From assembly GCA_013204395.1 (NCBI GenBank), contig JABMNZ010000025.1, forward strand, positions 9,007 through 73,006: a stretch of 64,000 nucleotides of DNA, read 5' to 3'. The position numbers and the translations under genes are program-made. Below are positions 20,121-30,140 of the stretch, one piece after another (position 1 is the first letter of the stretch; the number at the start of each line of letters is the position of its first letter). The notes beneath the pieces are model-generated. The model was given only the letters and a program-made list of their open reading frames with translations. It had not been told where the DNA came from and made no database searches. Source of the stretch: Parcubacteria group bacterium (GTDB lineage: Bacteria; Patescibacteriota; Patescibacteriia; UBA9934; GWF2-40-263).

Positions 20121-20330
20121 TCACCCCCCTGCGTCTTTCTTGTGTCTCACGTTGTGGTAGACGCTGTAACCGACGCCGTAGACGAGGAGCAAGGACAGCA
20201 TGATCATGGGGATCAGCTCCAGCGGCTCCTCCTTCCACAAGCCGGCGTGGACGTTCCATCCCAGAATGAAGACAGCCGGGCCAAAAATCCCGACACCAAT
20301 GGCAATCTTGGCGATGAACCTGCTGGACAT
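20121..20330 (-). CDS. Small two-TM hypothetical protein (69 aa, GC-rich islet)
   Basis: GGAGG SD before ATG 20330 (MSSRFIAKIAIG); TTGACT-17-TTGAAT promoter near 20457; hairpins at 20012-20085. Confidence 0.6.
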   Translation of the reverse strand: MSSRFIAKIAIGVGIFGPAVFILGWNVHAGLWKEEPLELIPMIMLSLLLVYGVGYSVYHNVRHKKDAGG

Positions 20331-20532
20331 AAGGTCCTCCCTTTTGGGTGATGATGTTGTCAGTAAATACCTGTTCTTGGTTCGCCGACAACAGGGTTGC
20401 GAGCAGTACCATGAGATACAGGATAGGCAATTCAAACATTTCAAGGCGTTTAAGTCAATAGTCGCGCCCCATAAAATTGCTCAAATAAGCAAGATCTTAA
20501 TACCCAGGCAAACAAAAGACCTCTCAACAAAA

Positions 20533-22665
20533 CTAATATTCAAATATGTATTCAAACATATAGACTTGGCCGTCTTCGCCTACGGCGCGCCAGTCGTCTG
20601 CGGTGTTCTTGGCTGTTTCTATAATGCGTGGCGCTTGCCACCAATAGTTGTTTACAAGGAAATAGAGTCGCTTAACATCACCGTGTTGTGGTACTAGATC
20701 AAGGGCTTGTTGCGCAGTTTCTCGCGTGGGGGATTCGTTCATGGCGAGGAACACCTCGTAGAGAGGGCCGCCAGTTGGGATTGGGTAGAAGAACAAGTCT
20801 CCGAAGTAGTTGAAGCCGATTTCAGAAATCGCCGCCGCGCTAACAGACTGGTTGGCAAGCGTTAGGTATGGTTTACCCCCTGAGAGGGTATCTACCATGT
20901 GTACTGCATCGATGTCTGATTGGGAGACGTTAAAGCCACGGTTATTTTCATACGCGTCGCGCCTTGGGTAGGCCATGTAGAAGCTTGAGCTTGCAACGGC
21001 AACAAGGAGTACGAGAGCGCCAGCGCGTAGAACAACCGGCTGAGTTTTGATGTTTACGAAAAGATGTCCCAAGGCCAGGATCACATACGGCACAAGAAAG
21101 AATCCTATGAGTGGGAGCAGGCGAGTTGCGTAGTTTGATCGCTCGTAGTCGATGAGGAAGGTGAACTCGATGGCCCCTGACAAGATGAAGTAGTTAATCG
21201 AAAGGGCCATGACCATTAGGGAGATGGCACGGAATCGGCGAGAAAGTTCTTTGCGATATTCAAACCAGGCAAAGATCGCCAGGATGCCAAGGACCACCAT
21301 GGTGTTGAGGCCATAGAGGTACACGAGGTCCAGGAGAGGATCAAAACGATTTTCAAAAAAGACGGTGAGGTTTAGCTGGGAAAACCATTGCAGTGGATTG
21401 AGGGCGGCTAGGTCTATACCAAGCGACTGTCCACTGATGAGCGCGTTGATAACAAAACTCAGTGGTAGGACAATGCTGGCAAAAGCAATAAGTAGGATTC
21501 GTACCAGACGATTGGTTGTAGGGGTGCGAGGGTTTGTGCGCGACGGGTCTGTAGATAAGAACATGAAGTACAGAAGCGCCGGAATTCCTGCGATCGGATG
21601 GATGAGTGCTGTGGCCATCGCCCCTATGGCTAGTACGCGCAGGCGTGGGTGCTCATGCTCAAGCAGGTACGGAACAGACGCGAGGATGAGCAAGAGAGTC
21701 CAGAGGTTTGCGAGGCCCTGGGGGGTGGTTACGATGAAGTTTGAAAGTGGAACAAGGAATAGTCCTGTGAGGGTCAACATTGCCACGGACTTCTTTCTAA
21801 CAATATGTGCTGCAGCAAAGTACCAGGCCATTGGAAGTAGAAGGGCCGTAAGGATCGGCACAAGGAAGGTGTCCGCCAGATCAACAGGAATGGAAAATCC
21901 GTGGTGGGCAAACAAGACAAGCGCGTACTGCCCGATGTAGTAGAACGGTTTAGGAGTGATCGTTCCAAACTCTGCCAGGTGCATTTCTGTTGCCTTGTGA
22001 ATGAACGAGTCAAAACCGAACCCGATTGGAAAGGCAATGGCCGCTACACTTACGGCGGCAAAAAGAAGGGTAGAAAGTAGTACTAGCGATAGGGATCGCT
22101 CCTTTCCTCTCCAGAGCATGGCAAAGATTAAGGCCGTGGCCAAGAAGAACAATAAGAACAGTCCGCCTGGCAATCTTTCCCACACAGAACGTACGGCGTC
22201 AGTTACAAGAGACTCAGAGAGGGTAGAAAAAAACAGTGTAAGAAGAAGGAGTGTAGCTGCAGCCACGATCCACACGGCTCCTGGGACATGATGCTTTTTT
22301 TCTTTCCAAAGATTGTGGGCGTTAGAAAAAAGAGAGTGGTGTTTGGTTTTGCGTGCGGCCACCAATAGTACTGGTGGAGTGAGAAGAATGGTTACGTGAA
22401 TGATCGTCGGGGTGATGGCCCAGATGTAGTAGCTTGCGGTGATGATGATCAGCACAAAGCTCAGGAGAATCCAGATTCCAAGCCACCACCGGAGCACGGC
22501 TTTTTCATTTTGAGTTACAACCCCACCAAGCTCCCATCCAAATACCCCTAAATACATGATAAGAAGCAAGACACCAAAAAACACGCTTCCCACGAGGAAC
22601 GTGTTGATGACAAAAAGTGCTAGAAACAGCACTGCAATGATGGTAGCATGGAGTCTGTGGAACAT
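20533..22665 (-). CDS. Large polytopic membrane protein, possibly GT-C-like
   Basis: About 18 hydrophobic segments; GFGFDSFIHKATE loop; soluble C-terminal domain; start 22665 or 22674. Confidence 0.7.
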   Translation of the reverse strand: MFHRLHATIIAVLFLALFVINTFLVGSVFFGVLLLIMYLGVFGWELGGVVTQNEKAVLRWWLGIWILLSFVLIIITASYYIWAITPTIIHVTILLTPPVLLVAARKTKHHSLFSNAHNLWKEKKHHVPGAVWIVAAATLLLLTLFFSTLSESLVTDAVRSVWERLPGGLFLLFFLATALIFAMLWRGKERSLSLVLLSTLLFAAVSVAAIAFPIGFGFDSFIHKATEMHLAEFGTITPKPFYYIGQYALVLFAHHGFSIPVDLADTFLVPILTALLLPMAWYFAAAHIVRKKSVAMLTLTGLFLVPLSNFIVTTPQGLANLWTLLLILASVPYLLEHEHPRLRVLAIGAMATALIHPIAGIPALLYFMFLSTDPSRTNPRTPTTNRLVRILLIAFASIVLPLSFVINALISGQSLGIDLAALNPLQWFSQLNLTVFFENRFDPLLDLVYLYGLNTMVVLGILAIFAWFEYRKELSRRFRAISLMVMALSINYFILSGAIEFTFLIDYERSNYATRLLPLIGFFLVPYVILALGHLFVNIKTQPVVLRAGALVLLVAVASSSFYMAYPRRDAYENNRGFNVSQSDIDAVHMVDTLSGGKPYLTLANQSVSAAAISEIGFNYFGDLFFYPIPTGGPLYEVFLAMNESPTRETAQQALDLVPQHGDVKRLYFLVNNYWWQAPRIIETAKNTADDWRAVGEDGQVYMFEYIFEY

Positions 22666-22684
22666 AATCTCCACTAAGTTTACT

Positions 22685-23263
22685 ATGTCAGAGCGCGATC
22701 CGGCAAAGTTGTTTCCGCACGATCATGTCATGCGTTACACATTCGTCGCTTTAGTGCCACCATTTGTCACGCCAAACATGATCACCATGTTCCGGATTGT
22801 GATGACTCCGGTGGTACTCTGGTTTTTGTATATTGGGAATTTCGAGGTGGGCGTACCACTCTTTTTGTTTGTAGCATTTACTGACGCCATTGATGGATCA
22901 GTAGCAAGAATCCGCAAACAAATTACCCAATGGGGATCCTTTTATGACCCTCTTGCCGATAAGGTCCTGATTGGTTCTGTCGTGCTTCTTGTTGTAGTGC
23001 AACATGTAAATCTGTTTTTTGCCCTTCTGATCGTGCTGATTGAGGCCATGTTAATGACTGGGGGAATTGTTAGAAGGAGACGTGGGATAGAGGTGAGCGC
23101 TAATGTGTACGGCAAGACGAAGATGGTTCTTCAAGTACTTGGAGTCACCATGCTTTTGATTGCTTTGTGGGCAGGATTTGATTTGTTTATACCGATCAGT
23201 GTAGGAACACTTTCATTGGCAATCGTTTTTGCCGTGATAAGTTTATTCACCTATGGGATCTAA
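22685..23263 (+). CDS. pgsA: CDP-alcohol phosphatidyltransferase (PgsA-like)
   Basis: PNMITMFR and TDAIDGSVAR..Q.T.WGSFYDPLADK motif. Confidence 0.85.
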   Translation: MSERDPAKLFPHDHVMRYTFVALVPPFVTPNMITMFRIVMTPVVLWFLYIGNFEVGVPLFLFVAFTDAIDGSVARIRKQITQWGSFYDPLADKVLIGSVVLLVVVQHVNLFFALLIVLIEAMLMTGGIVRRRRGIEVSANVYGKTKMVLQVLGVTMLLIALWAGFDLFIPISVGTLSLAIVFAVISLFTYGI

Positions 23264-24860
23264 GAAAAAGAAACAATCTAAGAAAAAAAACTGGAATGTG
23301 CTGGTGATGTCAGTTGTGGCAGCTTTATTTTTTGTAGGTTCACTTGTTTTAGTGAACCCATCGAATCTTTACGTGTCACCAGATGAAACAGCAAATGCGT
23401 TCTTTGCACAGGAGTTTGCAGATCATGCAGATTTTCTTGGGGGGTATTTTCCAGCCTTGGTAGGATTGGAGGATCGTATTCATCCTAGGTCAACGGCGAT
23501 TGGGGAGTTTTACAGTTTGGCTCCGGGGAGTTTTCTTGGGCTTCCGTTTCTTTATGGAGTTTTGGCGATGGTCTTAGGGGGTTGGATCTTATGGGTCCTG
23601 ACGCCTCTTGTAACCATCGGAGCGGCACTGGCATGGCGAAAGTTGGTTGAGAAGTTTACAACGCCAGCCATAGGCCTCTTAAGTTTTGGTTTGTTTCTTT
23701 TGCATCCCGCCGTTTGGTATTACAGCGCGCGCGGGCTGATGCATAATGTTTTGTTTTTAGATCTTTTGATTTTGGGAGCATGGCTATGGGTGTGCAAGCC
23801 AAAGCGGCTTGGACCCTGGGCTGATCTGCTTGCTGGCTTGGCCTTAGGGCTCGCCTTGATGGTCCGCACTTCAGAAGCTGTTTGGATTTTTGGCGTATTG
23901 ATCGTGGCAGCATGGATTTGGCGACGGGCTTTAACATGGCGGCGGTTACGAGCGGGGCTGCTTGGCTTAGCTCTTGGGCTCGCATTATTGTTTGGAATGA
24001 ATTACGCGACCTATGGCCATCCACTAGCCACGGGATACACGACTCAGGCAGTGTCGCAGGCGATCGATTCAAGTGTAGGAGATTCACTTGATGCGTTTGA
24101 GCTGCTTCCATTTGGTTTTCATCCAATGAACGCCTGGAACCATTTTAGTGCCTATGGTGTTGGTATGTTTTGGTGGCTAAGTGTGTTGGCTGCAATAGGA
24201 TTGTTCATTTTATTTTCACAAAAGAAACACCAGAGAGATTTGCGATGGATGATAGCCCTGGCGGTAGCTGTAAGTGCTTGGCTGGTTTTAATGTACGGCT
24301 CATGGGAGATTCATGACAATCCAGATCCGTTGCAGATCACCATGGCTAACTCGTATGTACGGTATTGGCTGCCTCTGTACTTGTTTGCTACACCAATGAT
24401 CTCGGCATGTATTGTATGGCTCTCAGGCTTTGGTCGAACAAAACTTGCAAAAGGTCTGTTGGTGGCAGCTTTGTGTACGGCAGTAGTCGGCTTGAATATC
24501 AGTGCGGTTTTTGTGCAGGGCCAAGACGGTCTTCTGAAAATGAGTTCTGAGCTTCAGCGATCAGGCGAGATTCAAGAATCTGTCCTTGGTCATGTTGAGA
24601 AAAACGCAGTCGTGATTGTGGATCGCTCTGATAAACTATTTTTCCCACACCGTCGGGTCATGTATCCACTCAGGGATGATGCAACGTATGCGGCCATGCC
24701 TATAGTTCTCGAGTCTCTACCGTTGTATTATTACGGCATCACATTTCCTCAAAAAGATATAGATTTTCTAAACGATTCTAAGTTGGCGGATATGGGCCTG
24801 GCGATCGAGCTGGTCCAAACCTATGATGCAGAGTCGCTCTATCATATTTATCGACCATGA
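23253..24860 (+). CDS. Polytopic GT-C/ArnT-PMT-like glycosyltransferase
   Basis: SPDETAN loop after TM1, many TM segments, VRYWLP motif. Confidence 0.65.
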   Translation: MGSKKKKQSKKKNWNVLVMSVVAALFFVGSLVLVNPSNLYVSPDETANAFFAQEFADHADFLGGYFPALVGLEDRIHPRSTAIGEFYSLAPGSFLGLPFLYGVLAMVLGGWILWVLTPLVTIGAALAWRKLVEKFTTPAIGLLSFGLFLLHPAVWYYSARGLMHNVLFLDLLILGAWLWVCKPKRLGPWADLLAGLALGLALMVRTSEAVWIFGVLIVAAWIWRRALTWRRLRAGLLGLALGLALLFGMNYATYGHPLATGYTTQAVSQAIDSSVGDSLDAFELLPFGFHPMNAWNHFSAYGVGMFWWLSVLAAIGLFILFSQKKHQRDLRWMIALAVAVSAWLVLMYGSWEIHDNPDPLQITMANSYVRYWLPLYLFATPMISACIVWLSGFGRTKLAKGLLVAALCTAVVGLNISAVFVQGQDGLLKMSSELQRSGEIQESVLGHVEKNAVVIVDRSDKLFFPHRRVMYPLRDDATYAAMPIVLESLPLYYYGITFPQKDIDFLNDSKLADMGLAIELVQTYDAESLYHIYRP

Positions 24861-26266
24861 CATTCATTACACGAATCGCACAATTGATTATCATATTGGC
24901 TCCAGTGGTGATCCTTGGCTGGCTTGCAACACAATGGTTTGTGCCATCTGGAGTATTTTTTGTTGAGCATATTGTAGGGGATGAGTCGCCATTTATCGAC
25001 GAGCTTGGTCCATCTCAGCGTGTTAGCGATGCTGTGGACGGGGAGCAGTCAATCATTGCAGACCCTGCGTTTTTCTTTGTGCACCCACATCGTGACTTTG
25101 AAGCAGTTCAACTTGAGGTGTGGTTTCAAAATGAAGATCTCCCAATTGTAGAACTCGGGGCACTCTCTGGACTTGATCCGGAAGCTTACAAACTCTTACC
25201 TCTCCACAACTTGTTGATCGATGAGAGTAATTGGTCTCGCATGGAACAAGATGGGCTCTTGTTGTTACAGCGAGAGAAGACATACGGTTCCATTGCCGAT
25301 TTTTTTGCTAGCCCTCCATCAAGAGATCAAGTTGCTACCTACAGGACCGGTTATGACGTCCCTTATCGTATAGACGGATATAGTCCTACGGACAGGTGGC
25401 AGGGTATAGATGTATCCCTTAGGGGTCATCATGAGTTTAAGACTTACATCAAAAATGAGACTCTGCGTTTCAATTTTGAGTACATGGACATGAATCGGGA
25501 CGAGGGCGAGGACGTTGTGCGCATCACAGTGTTCAATGAACAAGGTCAGCCAGTTGCAGAAGCGCGTGCGTCTGATGACGGAGACAGCTCAGATGATGCT
25601 CGGCCGAGCGGCCTGGAGTCTTTGGAGCTAACCGCTGGTGGGCTAGCTGAAGGCGTGTACAAGGTGGTCATGTCTACCACAAGGGATGTCTTTTTTAGAA
25701 CAATGAAAACCCCGCAGCAAAAAATCGTATTCTTGAACACGGTATTTATTGGTGATGAGGTTGGTTTCAGTGAACCACCTCGCGGCGCCAAGCTCTGGAC
25801 TACGACAAAGTGGCTACGAGCACAGACACGACATGCAGAAGGTGTACAAACCCTTACGGGGGATTCAGCCTCGGTTGAGATTGATCAACCATATGAGTGG
25901 TACCCACTCGAGCTTACTGGATCGGGGGTTGAATCTGTGGAGATTCCGTTTGGAGACATAGAGATTGTGACCGAGGGGAAGATCGCTTTTTCTTCATCAC
26001 AATATTTTGATCCAGACCCAGCTCCTTTGAGCGCGTATGCCACACTAGATCAAATGGAAGTTGATTATGTTCTGGCGCATTACACGTCGCCTCGCCAGGA
26101 GGGGGAGTGGTTAGTTGCTGACATAGGTTTCCTCGTGGATGATATCGTCAATGATGAAGGAACATGGAAGTTCAGTTTCTCTACGCCAGGAATATTAGAT
26201 CTTGAGGCAGAGATGATCGTCCACAAAACAAACCTTTGGTTTTATAAAGATCCAATGGGATTATGA
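24857..26266 (+). CDS. Membrane-anchored hypothetical protein
   Basis: N-terminal TM segment, long acidic extracellular region, coupled ATGA overlaps. Confidence 0.75.
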   Translation: MTFITRIAQLIIILAPVVILGWLATQWFVPSGVFFVEHIVGDESPFIDELGPSQRVSDAVDGEQSIIADPAFFFVHPHRDFEAVQLEVWFQNEDLPIVELGALSGLDPEAYKLLPLHNLLIDESNWSRMEQDGLLLLQREKTYGSIADFFASPPSRDQVATYRTGYDVPYRIDGYSPTDRWQGIDVSLRGHHEFKTYIKNETLRFNFEYMDMNRDEGEDVVRITVFNEQGQPVAEARASDDGDSSDDARPSGLESLELTAGGLAEGVYKVVMSTTRDVFFRTMKTPQQKIVFLNTVFIGDEVGFSEPPRGAKLWTTTKWLRAQTRHAEGVQTLTGDSASVEIDQPYEWYPLELTGSGVESVEIPFGDIEIVTEGKIAFSSSQYFDPDPAPLSAYATLDQMEVDYVLAHYTSPRQEGEWLVADIGFLVDDIVNDEGTWKFSFSTPGILDLEAEMIVHKTNLWFYKDPMGL

Positions 26267-26625
26267 TCTGGAAAACAAAAACATTTTCTGCAGCTGAGGC
26301 GATATCGAGGACTGGGTTTATTGTGTCTACCACATCGTATGTATTGTTTTGGTTGATTGATCTTGCTCAGCCAGGTTTTGTATCGAGATATTTTTCTGTT
26401 CACGCCTTTTTACTCTCAGCGATAGTATTCGGAGTTTGGTGGTCGGCAGTTGTTAGAGATTACACACAAAGGCCATGGCTTGAGTCGGCAGTTGCTTTGG
26501 CTTTAGGTCTCATTCTCGCTGTGATAACCTGGGGCGCATCAGATGGCATTGAGGGATACAGACTCTTTTTGACCCTTATGGCCGTCTTTACGCCAACCAT
26601 TATTTACGTGTTAATCAAGGATTGA
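26263..26625 (+). CDS. Small four-TM membrane protein
   Basis: Hydrophobic ORF, operon coupling. Confidence 0.7.
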   Translation: MIWKTKTFSAAEAISRTGFIVSTTSYVLFWLIDLAQPGFVSRYFSVHAFLLSAIVFGVWWSAVVRDYTQRPWLESAVALALGLILAVITWGASDGIEGYRLFLTLMAVFTPTIIYVLIKD

Positions 26626-26626
26626 T

Positions 26627-27118
26627 ATGTCTGACTGCCTATTTTGCAAAATTATCGCCGGGGAGATTCCTTCGGTAAACGTATATGAGGACGAGTATGT
26701 CCTGGCGTTTCTTGATATCAATCCAGTAAAAGCTGGCCACACACTTGTGGTTCCCAAGAACCATGCTGATGATGTGTCACAGTCGTCTAACGAGGATCTT
26801 GCACAGGTCATGGGGGTAGTGCTAAAGATTGCACCAAAGATTCAGGAAACTGTTGGAGGTGATGGTTTTAATCTCATGAGTAATGTTGGAGAGGCTGCAG
26901 GGCAATCAGTTTTTCACACGCACTTTCATATCATTCCTCGATTCAATGGCGATGGATTACCAATGTGGGAGCATGAGGGTGCAACAGACGAGGGTCGTGA
27001 GGCTCTTGGTGAAAAGATTCGTAATGCCTTAATTCATCAGTCTGATACTTTACCCCCTGAGCCTGTCGAAGGGGCATCATATGAAAAAATGGAAGAGAAT
27101 AAGTACAGAAGTAATTAA
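26627..27118 (+). CDS. HIT family hydrolase
   Basis: CLFCKII, GHTLVVPKNH, GQSVFHTHFHIIPR. Confidence 0.92.
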   Translation: MSDCLFCKIIAGEIPSVNVYEDEYVLAFLDINPVKAGHTLVVPKNHADDVSQSSNEDLAQVMGVVLKIAPKIQETVGGDGFNLMSNVGEAAGQSVFHTHFHIIPRFNGDGLPMWEHEGATDEGREALGEKIRNALIHQSDTLPPEPVEGASYEKMEENKYRSN

Positions 27119-27635
27119 TAAAAATCCGTGGACCGAGTTCCTTCACGATCGTTTTGAGACACCTGATGGAAGGCAAGGAGATTATTATTACATGAAGACT
27201 CCGGTTGGATCTGTTCTTATCGTTCCACTTCTAGATGATGGTCGACTTGTTCTGCACCGAGAGTATCGATACTTGTTCGATCGGATAAGTCTTGAGTTTC
27301 CTGCCGGGGGAATCAAAATTGAACAATCTCCTGAACAAGCGGCAAGAGCAGAGTTACAAGAAGAGACGGGGTACACCGTTAATCATCTTGAGGAGATTCA
27401 AAAAATAGCTCCCGGTAATGGATTATTCTTAGAGTATACTCATGTATTTCTTGCCAAGGAACTTACCGCTGGTGAAACGAGCCCGGATGAATTTGAGGAA
27501 TTTGAACCAGTCTTAATGACGGTGGGAGAGGTTGATGCCGCGATTCAAACTGGTGAGATTTGGGATGGGTTTAGCTTGTCGGCTTGGTGTCTTGTCAGAC
27601 AAAGGGTTTTAGATATTCTTGAAAAGAATTTATGA
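27081..27635 (+). CDS. NUDIX hydrolase (ADP-ribose pyrophosphatase-like)
   Basis: LEFPAGG...AARAELQEETGY Nudix box. Confidence 0.88.
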   Translation: MKKWKRISTEVINKNPWTEFLHDRFETPDGRQGDYYYMKTPVGSVLIVPLLDDGRLVLHREYRYLFDRISLEFPAGGIKIEQSPEQAARAELQEETGYTVNHLEEIQKIAPGNGLFLEYTHVFLAKELTAGETSPDEFEEFEPVLMTVGEVDAAIQTGEIWDGFSLSAWCLVRQRVLDILEKNL

Positions 27636-28633
27636 AGATACTTTTGACAGGTGGCGCGGGGTTTATGGGATCAAACATGATCCATTATTTATTGCGCGAA
27701 TATAAAGATGTGGAGATCGTAAACTTTGATGATCTTACTTACGCAGGGAACCTGACAAACCTTTCAGATATACAGGATGACCCTCGTTACAGATTTGTTA
27801 AAGGCAACGTTGCTGATTCTAAAGCTGTCGACGCAGTGGTTAAGGGGGTGGATCTAGTGATCAACTATGCGGCCGAGACTCACGTTGATCGAAGCATCTT
27901 GGAGCCAAAGGCATTCATCGATACAAATATTTACGGTGCTTACAATTTGCTTGAGGCCGTGCGTAAGCACAAGATTCCTAAAATGGTGCAGATTTCAACT
28001 GACGAGGTTTATGGCGCTGTGATGGAAGGAGAGAGCGACGAGGAGAGCAAGTTTGAACCACGCTCGCCGTATAGCGCATCAAAGGCTGCGGCTGATCACT
28101 TGTGCAGCTCTTATGCGGTCACATACGATATGCCGGTGATTATTACGCACTCGTGCAATTTCTATGGTCCGTATCAGTTTCCAGAAAAGTTAATTCCTTT
28201 GTTCACCATGAATCTACTCGAGGGCAAGACCGTGCCTGTCTATGGCGATGGTCAGCAAATAAGAGAGTGGATTTTTACAGAGGACCATTGCCGTGCCATT
28301 GATGCGATTGCCCAAAAGGGTCGCTTGGGAGAGACCTACAATATCGGAACTGGTTTCCGAGTGCCAAACATGGATGTCACTAGAAAGTTGATGGAACTGA
28401 CTGGTCGAGGAGAAGATGCGATTGAGTATGTAAAAGACAGGCCTGGCCATGACCGTCGCTATGCAATCAACTCAAACAAACTCCGCACAGAAGTAGGCTG
28501 GGAGCCAAAGATTAGTTTCGAAGACGGACTTGCACAGACGGTCGAGTGGTATAGGTCCAACCACCAGTGGGTCGACGCCTGCCGCACCGGTTCTTATAAA
28601 GATTATTACAAACAGCAATATGTCGACCGTTGA
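27632..28633 (+). CDS. rfbB: dTDP-glucose 4,6-dehydratase
   Basis: GGAGFMGSN, LTYAGNL, AAETHVDRSI, STDEVYG, YSASKA, DRPGHDRRYA. Confidence 0.95.
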   Translation: MKILLTGGAGFMGSNMIHYLLREYKDVEIVNFDDLTYAGNLTNLSDIQDDPRYRFVKGNVADSKAVDAVVKGVDLVINYAAETHVDRSILEPKAFIDTNIYGAYNLLEAVRKHKIPKMVQISTDEVYGAVMEGESDEESKFEPRSPYSASKAAADHLCSSYAVTYDMPVIITHSCNFYGPYQFPEKLIPLFTMNLLEGKTVPVYGDGQQIREWIFTEDHCRAIDAIAQKGRLGETYNIGTGFRVPNMDVTRKLMELTGRGEDAIEYVKDRPGHDRRYAINSNKLRTEVGWEPKISFEDGLAQTVEWYRSNHQWVDACRTGSYKDYYKQQYVDR

Positions 28634-29102
28634 AGATGTGGCAAATAAGAAGGAGATTCAATACCAGGTGAATACTACTGCTGGATTGATAATCGGGTTC
28701 GTTGCTGTCTTGGCTGTTTTCCTTATGATTTTTGGCATGGCTTTTGTAAGTGGAGATTTCAGCAGAGAAAACATTGTTCTGTATCTCGTATTGGGTTTGT
28801 TTGGGTTAGTGGTTTTATCCAGCATCCGGAATATTCTTCATGGGCTTCGAATGGTGAAAATTATCGGCAATGAGGTTGTTCTTGAGTATAAAGAAAAGAC
28901 AGAGCATGTTCCTGTGTCAGAGATTTCTAGTGTGAATACAATGCGGTTTAAGGATAAGAATAAAAACAATTTCAAAGGGGTTGTGTACTTTAAGGTGTAT
29001 CAAGAGACGAAGAAAGGATTAACGTTTAATACGCATAAACCTGGAGGATTAGAAGCATTCGAATGGTTTGAGCGTCTTCAGAAATCACAAAAAGAATTAT
29101 GA
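28620..29102 (+). CDS. Two-TM hypothetical protein
   Basis: ATG 28620 overlapping the rfbB end; two TM segments plus a small soluble domain. Confidence 0.65.
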   Translation: MSTVEDVANKKEIQYQVNTTAGLIIGFVAVLAVFLMIFGMAFVSGDFSRENIVLYLVLGLFGLVVLSSIRNILHGLRMVKIIGNEVVLEYKEKTEHVPVSEISSVNTMRFKDKNKNNFKGVVYFKVYQETKKGLTFNTHKPGGLEAFEWFERLQKSQKEL

Positions 29103-29950
29103 AAATACTTATTATCGGAGCGGGGTACATGGGGCAGCGTTGTAAGGAAGAGTGGGGGGATGAGGCTGAACTTTCTGAAAAGATTATTGAGACCAAACGG
29201 GACGCACTCGACGAGATTGAACGGGTGAAACCTGATGTTGTGTTTAATGCCGCAGGCGTTAAGGGGGTACCGAATGTTGATTGGTGTGAAGATAATCAAC
29301 TGAAGACCATCCTTGGTAACACATTGGAACCGATTGTTTTGGCGCAGGCGTGTCAGGAAAAAGGTTTGTACCTGCTTCACATGGGGTCTGGTTGTATCTT
29401 CTATGGCGACGCTCCTCATGAGGACAAGGCTTGGCGTGAAGATGACTTTGGAAACCCACGACCTGTTTACTCACGAACCAAGTGGGCAGCAGACCTGGTC
29501 TTGTCGACATTGCCAAACGTAGGGATCGCTCGTATCCGAATGCCGATCGACTGGAAGCCATCACCCGGCAATTTGATAAACAAGTTGGCTGGATACACAA
29601 AGGTGATCGATGTAGAAAACTCTGTGACGATTGTTGAGGACATGATTGACGTGTTCCATCAGCTTTTGGAAAAGAAAGCTGAAGGGATTTTTCACGTGAC
29701 AAACCCTGGGACCATGCGCCATCGTGAGTTCATCGGGCTCTATGAGGAGCTCGTCGATCCAACTCATACAAACGAATGGATCACCAATGACGAGCTTGTC
29801 GGACAAGGGCTCGCCACCAAGGGGCGATCAAATAATTTCTTAGCCAACGAGAATCTTGGCAAAGTAGGAATCACAATGCGGCCGATATCCGAGGCACTAC
29901 GTGAAACGTTCGTGAAGTACGCAAAGGCAAAAAAAGTAGATGATGAATAG
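29099..29950 (+). CDS. NDP-4-keto-6-deoxyglucose 3,5-epimerase/4-reductase (NRS/ER-like, RmlD superfamily)
   Basis: NAAGVKGVPNVDWCE, SGCIF, YSRTK, RIRMPI match the plant-type NRS/ER signature. Confidence 0.8.
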   Translation: MKILIIGAGYMGQRCKEEWGDEAELSEKIIETKRDALDEIERVKPDVVFNAAGVKGVPNVDWCEDNQLKTILGNTLEPIVLAQACQEKGLYLLHMGSGCIFYGDAPHEDKAWREDDFGNPRPVYSRTKWAADLVLSTLPNVGIARIRMPIDWKPSPGNLINKLAGYTKVIDVENSVTIVEDMIDVFHQLLEKKAEGIFHVTNPGTMRHREFIGLYEELVDPTHTNEWITNDELVGQGLATKGRSNNFLANENLGKVGITMRPISEALRETFVKYAKAKKVDDE

Positions 29951-30093
29951 GATTAATTCCTGTTACGAAAAGGATTTTGAGAGCGTTATCTAGATTCATT
30001 CATTGACAAACCATAAAAAATCTGGTTTCATAAACATACAAGTTTAAACCCCCTGTCTATAACGACTGGGGGTTTTGTGTTTCAAATATCTCA

Positions 30094-30129
30094 AACGAAA
30101 CATACGACGGCCGTCGCATAAAGCGTTTT
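30094..30129. repeat. 34-36 nt palindromic repeat, core CGACGGCCGTCG, copy 1
   Basis: aacgaaacatacgacggccgtcgcataaagcgtttt. Confidence 0.8.
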
Positions 30130-30140
30130 TTTAGAAACAT

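Noticed and set aside
20095-20444. Longer minus-strand ORFs starting at 20439 or 20444
   Set aside because: Those starts fall within the predicted promoter; the strong SD points to ATG 20330
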